Assembly (NCBI GenBank): GCA_021792255.1
Contig: JAJYUZ010000003.1
Span: 256,001-320,000, forward strand
Length of the DNA: 64,000 nt
Origin: Thermoplasmata archaeon
GTDB lineage: Archaea; Thermoplasmatota; Thermoplasmata; Thermoplasmatales; GCA-001856825
Direction of reading: 5' to 3'
A program made the position numbers and the translations under genes. This document shows positions 47,336 to 57,499 of the stretch, piece after piece. Under the pieces are notes generated by a model that was not told the DNA's origin, ran no database searches, and worked only from the letters and a program-made list of their open reading frames with translations. Numbering within the stretch: position 1 is the stretch's first letter; every line of letters starts with the position of its first letter.

Positions 47336-47906
47336 GAATCTATACTTAGAAGGAGAAGAAAAATTCGGACCTGTCACTTCCTTTTTGTTCGGTCTTAGCT
47401 CCGTTGTTCTAAACAAGTATTACGATGCAATCGTGGAAGATCTCAGGGGAAAGAAGTTCGGTAGTTTACTGGACTTGGGTTGTGGCAGGGGAAACCTCCT
47501 CATAAAGCTGGCAGGTGAGCTTCAAACCCCGAGTTTCTACGGCCTTGACCCCTCGCCATATATGCTAAAGAGCGCCCAGAAGAATCTCACGAAAAAGGGA
47601 TTGACATCCAGGTTGAAAGTGAAAATTGGAAGCAGTAGGGTCATTCCCTTCGATGAAAAGTTTGATGCAATTATATCGTCTTTCTCTTACCATCACTGGA
47701 AGGATCGTGATAGTTCCATTGCCACAATAGCTTCTCATTTGAGCGATGACGGTTTCATTTCCATATACGAACACGAGGTTGGACGTGATAGAATAAGCAA
47801 ATCCCACGGAATTAAGGAATCAGACTGGGAGCATCTTGAAGTCGAAGGTTTAAAAAAGACCGTAACGCACAATAATGGACTTATTATTCTCACACTGACT
47901 AGATGA
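47325..47906 (+). CDS. Class I SAM-dependent methyltransferase
   Basis: LLDLGCGRG, GLDPS, SYHHW. Confidence 0.88.
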   Translation: MTTENLYLEGEEKFGPVTSFLFGLSSVVLNKYYDAIVEDLRGKKFGSLLDLGCGRGNLLIKLAGELQTPSFYGLDPSPYMLKSAQKNLTKKGLTSRLKVKIGSSRVIPFDEKFDAIISSFSYHHWKDRDSSIATIASHLSDDGFISIYEHEVGRDRISKSHGIKESDWEHLEVEGLKKTVTHNNGLIILTLTR

Positions 47907-47971
47907 GATTTTAGGACAGTTTAAGTTGGCTAATTCTTTTATCTTCCCGCCTAATAATCTATGCTAACAGG

Positions 47972-49168
47972 ATGAGAAAACTCACTATTAATGGCTATAT
48001 CGCAATTGCGCTGCTACTCCAGATCAGTGTACTTTTAATTAGATTGACGGGAATGCTGATCTACAGGAACTTTGCGCTTCTCTTTGAGAGTTTTCACATT
48101 CTGACGGATCTGCTCGTAACGATCGTTGTTTTCGCTGCCGTAAAGCTCTCTAACAGCAGGTACAGCAAGAGGTACTCCTATGGATTGTTTAGAATAGAGG
48201 ATCTAGTGTCACTAGCAATAGCCGTTCTTATAGTATATACGGCTGTGGACCTTCTTTTCACAGTTTTATCCACTACTCCATCTTCAAATCTAGAATCTGG
48301 TATGATTCAACTTGCCTCGGTGGTACCACTGTATTTATCAGGAATAGTGAAGATAGTCGGAGGTCGAGCCGTAAATTCTCCGTCTCTAGTCTCCGATGGC
48401 TACCACAACTATTCTGATGTCTACGTAGGACTGGGCGTCGGGACCGGACTCTTGGTGAGCTTTGCGACCAATATTCGAATCTTTTATTTCTTAGCGATTG
48501 GCATGGCAGCCCTCGGAATCTTGTACACTGCGTTTAAAATAGGGAGGGATAGCGTCATAGGAATAATGGACTTGCCGAAAGACAAGAAAGTGATTCCCAA
48601 GATAGCTGACATTGTCAGGCAAAATAAAGAGGTCACCGATATCAGAACGATAAAAGCACGGTGGGCAGGACCCGTCATTTTCGTAGAGATTGTGCTCACC
48701 ATGAACAGCAAAATCACGATGGAAGAAGCCCATGATGTAGCCGATTCTCTAGAAAAGAGAATACTAAGTGAAATATCGGATGTAAGGGATGTCGTGATCC
48801 ATATAGAACCTTCCAAGGACTCTGAAAGAGTGGTCATTGTACCCACTTCTGAACACGATAAGATAGAGTTAAAGACGTCAAAATCGCTGAGTTATCTCAT
48901 CGTTACTATAAAGGACGGAAAGAGGGTCTCTTCTAAGAGTGTGCAGGTGAATTTGAAGGACATCACATCTGAGAAGAATGCTCAGAGAGTACTCTCGATT
49001 GCCAGACAACATCTGGTCACTGATGCCCTAGTCTTAAACAGCGGTGAAGTTCTTTCGTCTTTACTGGCGGTAAACCACATTGAAGTCTGGAAAGCCCAAT
49101 CAGAATCTGTCGAAGAGAATCTAGACTTGTTGGTCCAGAACAAACTCAACAGATTGCATTCCGACTGA
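47972..49168 (+). CDS. Cation diffusion facilitator (CDF) transporter
   Basis: ESFHILTD, YGLFRIE, DGYHNYSD, EEAH, IHIEP, plus a C-terminal extension. Confidence 0.88.
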   Translation: MRKLTINGYIAIALLLQISVLLIRLTGMLIYRNFALLFESFHILTDLLVTIVVFAAVKLSNSRYSKRYSYGLFRIEDLVSLAIAVLIVYTAVDLLFTVLSTTPSSNLESGMIQLASVVPLYLSGIVKIVGGRAVNSPSLVSDGYHNYSDVYVGLGVGTGLLVSFATNIRIFYFLAIGMAALGILYTAFKIGRDSVIGIMDLPKDKKVIPKIADIVRQNKEVTDIRTIKARWAGPVIFVEIVLTMNSKITMEEAHDVADSLEKRILSEISDVRDVVIHIEPSKDSERVVIVPTSEHDKIELKTSKSLSYLIVTIKDGKRVSSKSVQVNLKDITSEKNAQRVLSIARQHLVTDALVLNSGEVLSSLLAVNHIEVWKAQSESVEENLDLLVQNKLNRLHSD

Positions 49169-49623
49169 TCTCGATTTGGTCCGCTTCAAAGCATGTCCTT
49201 CGGATGTTCTAAGAGTACTTCGTCCGTTTATTCCGATAATGGAAATTGCCAGGTTTGTTCCCTTTTTGGAAGAGAAGAAAGGCGTCTCAGGATCTCTGGA
49301 AGCGTTATGCAAGGAGTCATTTCGTTAGGTGTGTTACACTTAGTGATGATAACTTTTACAACTCAGTGGTTCTGAATCCCGGGACTTTCTCTTGGGAGTG
49401 TACCCATTGCTTGACCGAACTTGCGTAGAGATCATTTGCGTCTACGGAATTTAAAAGGGCACCGTTTTCATTGAAGACAAAATGAAAGAGTATTTTATCT
49501 TGCCTTGAAAACTCAAAGTTCGACAATAAGGTCCGGACATCTAGTTCAGAATTTGAGGTAATCTCGCCATTATGATTCGTCTTACGAAAAAGAAATTAGG
49601 CTCCTCGTTATGAATGCAATGCT

Positions 49624-49863
49624 ATGCTGGACTTTGCTCAGGGAGTTGAGAAAGTAAGGAGCCACATGAAGCTTGCATTCAGCATCGATGAATTCAATAT
49701 TACAATGGCAAAATTCGAAAAAGATCAGACGAATGAGAAGGAAGTTTGGAGATACAATATTGAATATCTGTCCTCGGGAAAACCAAGCAAGGCGATGATA
49801 GAGATTAACGCAAACACGGGAGACGTAATTCTTTTCCAGCGGGAATCTCAGTGGAGACTATAG
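49624..49863 (+). CDS. Small hypothetical (PepSY-like end IEINANTGDV)
   Basis: 79-aa ORF. Confidence 0.5.
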   Translation: MLDFAQGVEKVRSHMKLAFSIDEFNITMAKFEKDQTNEKEVWRYNIEYLSSGKPSKAMIEINANTGDVILFQRESQWRL

Positions 49864-49961
49864 AACCCAGTCCTCTTCAAAGACTTTGAACGATAGCGAG
49901 CTATTCAGGGTAAGATTATGTATTGTGATGGAGTATCCTTTTTACCGAATGAGATGAATCG

Positions 49962-51854
49962 ATGAAGATACTGCAGCTGGACGTTGAAAACATGACTTAT
50001 GAGCTGTTAGAGCCGGAGGCGAGCGTTTACGACGAAAGCGAGGAGAAGAAGTATTCTATCGACGAAGCTGTGGTAATGTTGATTTCCGTTGAAAAGGGAG
50101 ACAATGAAGTAGTGGCAAGAGAGGCTATAGAGGACACTACTACTTTCATGGAGAGACAAAAAAGGAAGTTACTGCTCATTTATCCCTTCGCACACCTCAG
50201 TAGAAACCTCGCTCCGCCAAGGGAAGCAATGAGACTTTTGGAATTGATGCAGAAAATCGGGTCTGAGAAAGTTGAGGTAAAGAAAGCTCCATTTGGGTGG
50301 AATAAGAAATGGAGCATCGGAATTAAGGGTCATCCTCTCGCCGAACAATTGAAGAATTACGGGGGGACAGATCTGGAAGTAGCCATCTCAAAAGAGACAC
50401 AGAGAGAGATTGTCAAGGGAGGGATCTCTGATGCGATAAAGCAAGAAGAGAAAGTCAAATCTACGTGGTATATCTTGACCGCGGAAGGGGAGCTGATTCC
50501 GAGATCGGACTATAGGGAGAATGGGCATGAGAATCTTAAAAAATTTGCAGATTATGAAATAACAAAGGTCAGAACTTATCAGCAGGTTCCACCACACATA
50601 AAGCTGATGCAAAAGCTGCAACTTGTTGACTACGAGCCAGGGTCAGATCAAGGAAATATGCGTTTCTACCCTAATGGAAGATTGGTAAAGAGTCTTCTCG
50701 AGAGGTACGTTACCGAGAGAGCATTAAAATATGGTGCAATCGAGGTGGAAACGCCCATAATGTACGACTATGAACACCCCGCTCTCAAGGAGTACTTGAA
50801 CAGATTTCCTTCAAGGCACTACACCGTGAGATCCGACGACAAAGAGTTCTTCCTCAGATTTTCTGCGGATTTTGGACAGTTCCTCCTAATGAGTGATGCG
50901 ACCATATCCTACAAGCAGCTACCATTTAGGTTCTACGAAATGACAAGATATAGTTTCAGGAGAGAACTCAGCGGTGAGCTCACCGGACTGAAGAGATTGA
51001 GGGCATTCACAATGCCCGATATGCACACGATGTGCGCTGACATCGAGCAAGCGAAGGATGAGTTCAAGAAACAATTCGATTTTTGTGTATCAGTGCTCGA
51101 TGAGATTGGCATAAAGCGAGGTTCGTATGAAGCAGCTATAAGGTGCACAGACGAATTCTGGAGAGATCACAATGAATTCATCAAGTATTTGGTTGGAACG
51201 TTCGGTAGACCAGTGCTCGTGGAGATGTGGAACTTTAGGTATGCCTATTTTGATCCTAAGTTCGAATTTAACATAATTGATTCTATGGGCAAAGCTACCG
51301 CACTGTCTACTGTCCAGATGGATCACGAGAATGGAGAGAGATATAAAATGACCTATGTGGATGCGAACAGTAATAGGCAGTTCCCAATAATACTCCACGA
51401 TTCGCCGAGCGGAGCAATCGAGAGGGTTATCTATGCGTTACTCGAACAGGCGGCCGAGATGGAAAAGGAGGGTAAGATTCCATCTCTACCACTCTGGCTC
51501 TCCCCTACCCAAGTGCGACTCATTCCCCTCGGTGAAAGACACACGGAAAAGTGTATCGAAATCTCCAATTCAATGAGCAAAAGCGGTATCAGAGTGGATG
51601 TAGATGATACCGATGCGTCGCTCAATAAGAAAGTGAGGAATGCAGAACAGAGTTGGGTGCCATACGTATGTGTTATTGGTGATAGAGAACTGGAGTCAGG
51701 TAGGCTCACCGTAAGGATTAGGGGTAAAGCGAGCCAGTTTGAGATGTCGACGGAAGAGTTGGTGAATGGTATTCTAGGGATAGTCAAACAAATGCCAAAT
51801 GGAACACTGTCACTTTCAATGATGCTTTCCCGGAGACCGACCTTCAGGGGATAA
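49962..51854 (+). CDS. thrS: Threonyl-tRNA synthetase, archaeal type with N-terminal editing domain
   Basis: IYPFAHLS, KAPFGW, GHPLAE, FRRE..GEL.GL.RLRAFTMPDMH, GAIER. Confidence 0.95.
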   Translation: MKILQLDVENMTYELLEPEASVYDESEEKKYSIDEAVVMLISVEKGDNEVVAREAIEDTTTFMERQKRKLLLIYPFAHLSRNLAPPREAMRLLELMQKIGSEKVEVKKAPFGWNKKWSIGIKGHPLAEQLKNYGGTDLEVAISKETQREIVKGGISDAIKQEEKVKSTWYILTAEGELIPRSDYRENGHENLKKFADYEITKVRTYQQVPPHIKLMQKLQLVDYEPGSDQGNMRFYPNGRLVKSLLERYVTERALKYGAIEVETPIMYDYEHPALKEYLNRFPSRHYTVRSDDKEFFLRFSADFGQFLLMSDATISYKQLPFRFYEMTRYSFRRELSGELTGLKRLRAFTMPDMHTMCADIEQAKDEFKKQFDFCVSVLDEIGIKRGSYEAAIRCTDEFWRDHNEFIKYLVGTFGRPVLVEMWNFRYAYFDPKFEFNIIDSMGKATALSTVQMDHENGERYKMTYVDANSNRQFPIILHDSPSGAIERVIYALLEQAAEMEKEGKIPSLPLWLSPTQVRLIPLGERHTEKCIEISNSMSKSGIRVDVDDTDASLNKKVRNAEQSWVPYVCVIGDRELESGRLTVRIRGKASQFEMSTEELVNGILGIVKQMPNGTLSLSMMLSRRPTFRG

Positions 51855-51994
51855 CAGAACTTATTCCAAGATATCCCAATAGAGAATTGACCTACAGAAG
51901 CATAAATTCTTTAAATAGCTAAATTATTTGTTTTTGAGATGGTCTTACGACTATAGAACAAATTCTCGGCGACAAAAATGATAGAGAAGGAGAA

Positions 51995-52342
51995 TTGCTT
52001 GAAGAACTGAAAAAGATCAGAACCCTGCTGGAACCAAAACCAGCTGCCCCGCCTCCCAAAGGATTCGTGAAGGAGTTCAAGGCGTTCCTGGATCAGTACA
52101 AAGTTATGGGAATGGCAGTCGCTTTCATACTTGGTCTGTATTTAGGAATACTAATTCAGGCTCTGGTCACGGATCTGATTATGCCTTTTATCGACCTGCT
52201 GATGCCCGGCGTAGCGTGGCAGACCATACATTTTGGTCCCTTCCTTGTGGGACAATTTTTGGGAGCCTTGGTGACCTTCATAATAATTGCATTGGTGATA
52301 TTCCTGATGGTCAAGATGACCACAAAGGCTGGAATAAAGTAG
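51995..52342 (+). CDS. mscL: Large-conductance mechanosensitive channel
   Basis: EFKAFL...MAVAFILG...LVTDLIMP...GQFLGALVTFIIIA. Confidence 0.85.
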   Translation: MLEELKKIRTLLEPKPAAPPPKGFVKEFKAFLDQYKVMGMAVAFILGLYLGILIQALVTDLIMPFIDLLMPGVAWQTIHFGPFLVGQFLGALVTFIIIALVIFLMVKMTTKAGIK

Positions 52343-52428
52343 TTGCCCAGTCTTTTAGTTTGGTACAGGGACTTGACTCAATAGTCAGGGGTATGAGCTG
52401 AAGTTATGGTTATTTATATATATTAAGT

Positions 52429-52983
52429 ATGCATATCGTACTTATGGAAGCAACCGAAAATTCCAACAAATGGAGCATTGACAAATCACACAGCAACCTA
52501 GAGTTCTCTGTAAGACACATGATGATTTCCAACGTGAGGGGCCGGTTTAAGTCCTTTAGCGGAGATGTGAACCTAGACCTAGATAACACAGCAGATTCTA
52601 ATGTCAAACTTGATATAGATGCTGGTTCGATATTTACCAACGAGGAAGACAGAGATAAACATCTCAAGTCTCCTGACTTCCTTCACATTGAGAAGTTTCC
52701 CCTTGTAAAGTTCGAAAGTGCAAAGATAATAAAGGTAGGAAATCAGCTAGATATAGAGGGAAAGCTCACCATCAAGGATGTCACTAAGGACGTGTCCATC
52801 TCTGGAGAGCTTCAGGGACCGATCAAGGATCCTTATGGTAAGAAAAGAATAGGATTCGATGGTGGAACAACCATAGTCAGAAAGGACTACGGATTGACCT
52901 GGAATATGATGCTTGAGGGTGGAGGCATTTTGGTGGGAGACAACGTGAAAATAGACATTCACATGGAGCTAACCTCTCCATAA
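52429..52983 (+). CDS. YceI family lipid/polyisoprenoid-binding protein
   Basis: WSIDKSHS..F.VRHMMIS.VRG.F, RDKHLKS.DF. Confidence 0.9.
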   Translation: MHIVLMEATENSNKWSIDKSHSNLEFSVRHMMISNVRGRFKSFSGDVNLDLDNTADSNVKLDIDAGSIFTNEEDRDKHLKSPDFLHIEKFPLVKFESAKIIKVGNQLDIEGKLTIKDVTKDVSISGELQGPIKDPYGKKRIGFDGGTTIVRKDYGLTWNMMLEGGGILVGDNVKIDIHMELTSP

Positions 52984-53050
52984 TTTCTTTATTTTTGACG
53001 AACAATATAATCAACTGAATCGATCGAAGTTCGGGTTGCGTAAAGTTTAA

Positions 53051-54706
53051 TTGTGGCTTGAATTAAGTCACCTATTGAATATCAAACGTGACGCCTTCTC
53101 GATTCGATCCTTCTTAGAGGAACTTCGGAAAAGTCGACCCGAGGAGATCTTTGAGGTTGATACCAAGGTGAGGGTGGATTTTGAACCCACTGCTTATTAT
53201 TTGAACCTTAGTAAGAGTAACCCTGTAATATTATTCAATAAAGTGGATGGCTTTCATAACTTCTCTCTCGTGACGAACATTTTTGGCAGCGAAGAGAGAC
53301 TCGCTACGGTGGCAGGATTAAACTCCATAAGTGAGGTCGTGGAGCGATGGTCTTCCATCGCAAATAGCGAACCAAATGAGGCTTTACTCGTTTCAGAGGA
53401 GACCACACCTTTTATTTCTAAGATCACTGGAGAAGACCTAAATCTGTCCGATCTGCCGGTACCCTCGCATTACGAATTAGACGGGTCGAAGAAAGGATTT
53501 AGCAGATACATAACTTCTGGTCTGACTACCACTATAGATCCTGAGAATCAGTCCACCATCAACTTAAGTTTTTCAAGGATTCAACCATTTGAAAGAGACA
53601 AATTTGCATTTGATGCTGGGAGCCGGGGACACCTTTGGAAGCATCTAAGCGTATCCAGAGAGGCTGGAGAAAGGTTGAAAATGACAATACTTATTGGACC
53701 GAACCCCATATTCTATCTCTTAGCGGCATCATTCATTGATAATGAATACGTTAAGGCTAACAAATTCTTTAACGTCAAATTCTCAAAAGGATATCTGAAT
53801 AAAATCCCAATACCATCTGACACAGAGATCGCAATCGAAGCGGAATTTTTGCCTAACGAGACTTTTGATGAAGGCCCTTTTGCAGAGTATGTGGGTTATA
53901 TGGGGTATGACTCAACGAGGTTCGTGGCTAAGGTCAGGTCTATCCTAATGAAGAGGAATCCAATCTATTATGACATTCAGCCGTCCAATTCAAGCGAACA
54001 CGTTAATCTGTTTTCCGTGCCCAGATCGTCTCTTGTCATGAAATCGGTAAGAGAAGCACTTCCCAAGGACCCTATCTACGAAGTAAAGTGGCCTCACTAT
54101 GGCGGAAGGTTCATGTCATTTGGCTACGTGGATCACGCTGAATCTGGGCTAGCAAAACAGCTTGGAATAACGATTCTTGGACTCGACCCACTCTGGAACA
54201 AAATTGTCTTTATTAATGAAGGGAAGACTGAATTGACTCTCGAAAATGCTCTGACCAACCTAGCTCAGTTGACCGAATTCTCAGAGAATCACATCGCAAA
54301 AATATCTAACACTTTCATCATAAGTTCTGATCCAACTCGAAACGAACTCGGCAATTCTGGGAAAATTGTATTTGTGACCGAAGGAAAATCCACCAGAGTT
54401 GAGAGGGAAGTGAAGAGAGATATCGTAAAACTTAAGACGAAACAGGGTAACGTTTTGATCTCCCACGATTACACTGATGATCAAAAGGTAAATGTGATAG
54501 TCTCGCAAGATATTGACTTAAAGGATCTAGATCAGATTGGTTGGGCTATATCTACTCGCCTGAACCCAGATACAGATATCAACATAGAAAAAAATAAAAT
54601 TACTTTTTTGGCCACGAGAAAAGTTCCGCCAGTCGCTCGTGTGCCTAAAAGTGTTAAAGAAAAAGTCGATAGAAAAATGGCTTTACTTCGTGACAGAATC
54701 CATTGA
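53051..54706 (+). CDS. UbiD-family prFMN decarboxylase
   Basis: TNIFGS, DLPVP.H, EGPFAEYVGY, SEH, WAISTR. Confidence 0.8.
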   Translation: MWLELSHLLNIKRDAFSIRSFLEELRKSRPEEIFEVDTKVRVDFEPTAYYLNLSKSNPVILFNKVDGFHNFSLVTNIFGSEERLATVAGLNSISEVVERWSSIANSEPNEALLVSEETTPFISKITGEDLNLSDLPVPSHYELDGSKKGFSRYITSGLTTTIDPENQSTINLSFSRIQPFERDKFAFDAGSRGHLWKHLSVSREAGERLKMTILIGPNPIFYLLAASFIDNEYVKANKFFNVKFSKGYLNKIPIPSDTEIAIEAEFLPNETFDEGPFAEYVGYMGYDSTRFVAKVRSILMKRNPIYYDIQPSNSSEHVNLFSVPRSSLVMKSVREALPKDPIYEVKWPHYGGRFMSFGYVDHAESGLAKQLGITILGLDPLWNKIVFINEGKTELTLENALTNLAQLTEFSENHIAKISNTFIISSDPTRNELGNSGKIVFVTEGKSTRVEREVKRDIVKLKTKQGNVLISHDYTDDQKVNVIVSQDIDLKDLDQIGWAISTRLNPDTDINIEKNKITFLATRKVPPVARVPKSVKEKVDRKMALLRDRIH

Positions 54707-56092
54707 CATTCCTACAGATCCCGTATTTTTCAATTCCTTGAGCCTCTTCCTCTTGACGTACATTACAATGAACGTCGCAGCAGACCAGACTATAAATGTG
54801 CCAGTTCCTATCACCACCGGGGTGCTCAGACCAATGAATGTAGATCCGAGGATGAAAACGAATATGGCAATAGAGACGACACTGAGCGCAATGTTCTTCA
54901 CTCCGTATCTGCCCACGAATTTCTTGTTTATGGAGGGGAATGCTGAGTTTATGATTATATGTACGAAAAGCGTTCCAAGTGTTGCCCCGATAGCAGCCAT
55001 TATGAATGCAGTGAACCCACCTAGAATTTCTGCGCCTAAGGAGGAAATTATGAATGCTGAAATTGTTATGACCCCAGCGGAAATATAGGGTGTCAGTCTC
55101 TTGCTGTGCGTTTTTGACAGTGCCTTGGGTGCTAAACCATCCCTCCCCATAGTCATGAGGACTCTTGATGTGGCATTGGTCAGGACGACTAGTCCAGTTA
55201 GCAAGCTGTTAATGAAGAGTACTGTAATGACTATGGCAGCACCGACTCCTAGGTAACTACCCATTATCGTTATACCGGGAACTAGAGCGCCAGCATAGCT
55301 AGCCATGTTGGCTGGTCCGTACGCAACGGTGAAAACATAAGAAGCAAAGACGTAGAATATGCCCAGTATGATTACTGAATAGATTACCGACTTGCTTATG
55401 GATTCTTTTGGTTTCTTGGTTTCCTCACCCAATGGAGTGGATGCGCCGAACCCAGCAAATGCAGTATACATCAGCAAAACACCTAGCGCCACTCCCGTAA
55501 TTCCATTTGAGGAGTATTTGAGGGTAAATACCGATGGATTGTTGAGTGAAGGATGGGATATCAGGACGTAAAGTCCCATCACCACTATTACTGCAATCTC
55601 AATGAAAGCCATTATCATCGTGTACGAGGTTGAAATCTTGATTCCTCTGATCGATACAAAGAACCCATATGCCAGCGAGACTCCCAGCAGAGGAACCACG
55701 AATATGGATGAGATGTTGATGTTGAAGACGTAAGAAAGTGCGGCAGGAACGAATACGGCTATACTAAGTGCTACAAATGCGATGGCCATTATTTGATAGA
55801 AGATGTACATATAGCCTGCGAACAGTGCAACAGAAGGTCCATGCCCTGCCTTGACGTACTCATAATATCCACCAGATCCTGATACCTTTTGGGAAATTCT
55901 GCTTATTATGAATCCGTTTAGCAGGACGATCAAGAAGGCCAAAAGAGCGGCAAGTGGAAGTGCACCTAGCGCAAACAAAGCAGCGCCGGTAAACGTTGCT
56001 ACGGCAGCTCCCGCTGGTGCTGCACTTGCGACTCCCTGAAGCAAAGCATTCCTGAATCCGATTGCGTCAGAATGGAGCTTAGACTGATACAT
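54683..56092 (-). CDS. APC amino acid/polyamine permease
   Basis: SGGYYEYV, FAGF...LGEETK.P, SRVL..MGRDG, H....TPY. Confidence 0.88.
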   Translation of the reverse strand: MYQSKLHSDAIGFRNALLQGVASAAPAGAAVATFTGAALFALGALPLAALLAFLIVLLNGFIISRISQKVSGSGGYYEYVKAGHGPSVALFAGYMYIFYQIMAIAFVALSIAVFVPAALSYVFNINISSIFVVPLLGVSLAYGFFVSIRGIKISTSYTMIMAFIEIAVIVVMGLYVLISHPSLNNPSVFTLKYSSNGITGVALGVLLMYTAFAGFGASTPLGEETKKPKESISKSVIYSVIILGIFYVFASYVFTVAYGPANMASYAGALVPGITIMGSYLGVGAAIVITVLFINSLLTGLVVLTNATSRVLMTMGRDGLAPKALSKTHSKRLTPYISAGVITISAFIISSLGAEILGGFTAFIMAAIGATLGTLFVHIIINSAFPSINKKFVGRYGVKNIALSVVSIAIFVFILGSTFIGLSTPVVIGTGTFIVWSAATFIVMYVKRKRLKELKNTGSVGMSMDSVTK

Positions 56093-56485
56093 CAGAGATC
56101 ACCTGCCCTTCCGTCATCATAAGAGGCCGTCCTCCTAAGGTCATATTTATGCCATATTGCGATATTTCATACATTGTAGTTTTCATCTCAACTTCATGGT
56201 AGAAATTCATACTATATTAACCTTTTTTGTTCAGACAGAAGTATTTGGAGAACGTACGTCGCTCGAGAATCCAGAATCAGAGAAGGCATGAATAGACTAC
56301 AATGACTTGGGATTTTCCAGTACGTACCTAATTATTGCGCACTAAGTAAGCAAGAAATGAACAATGGTCATGAGGGCCCGATCGGGTCAGAAACGTAACC
56401 TCAGTTCTGAATGGTGAGTCAATCACCTATTTTTCAAGAGTCGGTGAGGTCAGATGAAACTAGCTTGCTGGAAAAGCAAGATTCT

Positions 56486-56995
56486 TCAGTATATGGTTAC
56501 TCCCCTGATTTTGCTCGACTTCTTCAGCTCCGGAATAATCGACGCTGGAATTGGCGAATCCGTTATGATGTACAGCCTTGGATCACTCTCGAGATCTGGG
56601 TCGTCTCCAATCGCTTGCCTAATGCTCACCTTGTGTTTCCATAGAACTTCAGCTGTCTGATAGATGATTCCGTAATCTCTTGCGTCGTATGGTTCAATCA
56701 CTAATTCTCCGAATCCGAGAAATGGTGCTACTCTTCCCAAGTGGATTGTCGACTTTAGGTTCTGGAATATTTTTGAAAGTTTCTTGTCAGATTCTATATT
56801 TCCGATTGCTGCCTTCACTGCCCTTAAGTCTACCTGGCATATCTTCGCAAGGGATCGTAGTTCTATCTCGATGTCATTGCACATTACTTTTTTATCCTCA
56901 ACTCGTAACCCGTATTCCAAAATCTTGAGAACCACCAGTTTCTGAGAATGAAACTTTGAAAATTTCTGTTCAATCGTTTCAGTTAAGCTTATCAT
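56486..56995 (-). CDS. ACT-domain regulator of amino acid metabolism (COG2150-like)
   Basis: ILEYGLRV...VDLRAV...SIRQAIGDDPDL..P.LYIITD. Confidence 0.8.
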   Translation of the reverse strand: MISLTETIEQKFSKFHSQKLVVLKILEYGLRVEDKKVMCNDIEIELRSLAKICQVDLRAVKAAIGNIESDKKLSKIFQNLKSTIHLGRVAPFLGFGELVIEPYDARDYGIIYQTAEVLWKHKVSIRQAIGDDPDLESDPRLYIITDSPIPASIIPELKKSSKIRGVTIY

Positions 56996-57120
56996 CGATA
57001 CCTATCTGCTTGCAAATATTTGTTTTTTCTGATAGGTATGTCTCAACGGACTCCTAATCCGGGAACATGAGGTGTAAAAGTCGGACACGACCAATAAACA
57101 TGGATTCCATTTTGGAACCC

Positions 57121-57154
57121 GAAAAAATTAGCGGTGAGCACATACTTACCGCCC
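57121..57154 (-). terminator. Hairpin plus T-tract after lysine-rich microprotein
   Basis: Minus strand GGCGGTAAGT-ATGT-GCTCACCGCT followed by AATTTTTTC. Confidence 0.55.
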
Positions 57155-57161
57155 TACACTT

Positions 57162-57269
57162 TCACTTTTTCTTTTTTGGGGTGGTCTTCTTTGCACTCTT
57201 GCCTTTTCCTTTCTTTACGGTAGATTTTGCCTTTGAAGCCACCTTCTTTGTCATTTTTTTCTTTGGCAT
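57162..57269 (-). CDS. 35-aa lysine-rich histone-H1-like microprotein (not in ORF track)
   Basis: MPKKKMTKKVASKAKSTVKKGKGKSAKKTTPKKKK*; 17 Lys, no acidic residues; followed by a terminator. Confidence 0.7.
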   Translation of the reverse strand: MPKKKMTKKVASKAKSTVKKGKGKSAKKTTPKKKK

Positions 57270-57418
57270 CGAATTGAAATAGATTTTACTTTACTTTAGT
57301 TTTGTGCTTCATTTACAAGTGTCTATAGCGCTAGGGGCAAACCGTCGAAACCTCAGAACAAAATCTCACCAATGTGGAGGAGTTGGTATTTCTTTGCAAG
57401 AAATACTTTAAATCCAAA

Positions 57419-57499
57419 CGCGGGGAGGGGGAATCGAACCCCCGATCCCATAGGGAAACGGCTTAGCAGGCCGTCGCCTTACCGCTCGGCTATCCCCGC
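57419..57499 (-). tRNA. tRNA-Ser(GCU)
   Basis: GCGGGGA/TCCCCGC acceptor; ACGGC-CTGCTAA-GCCGT; long variable arm; G discriminator. Confidence 0.95.
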
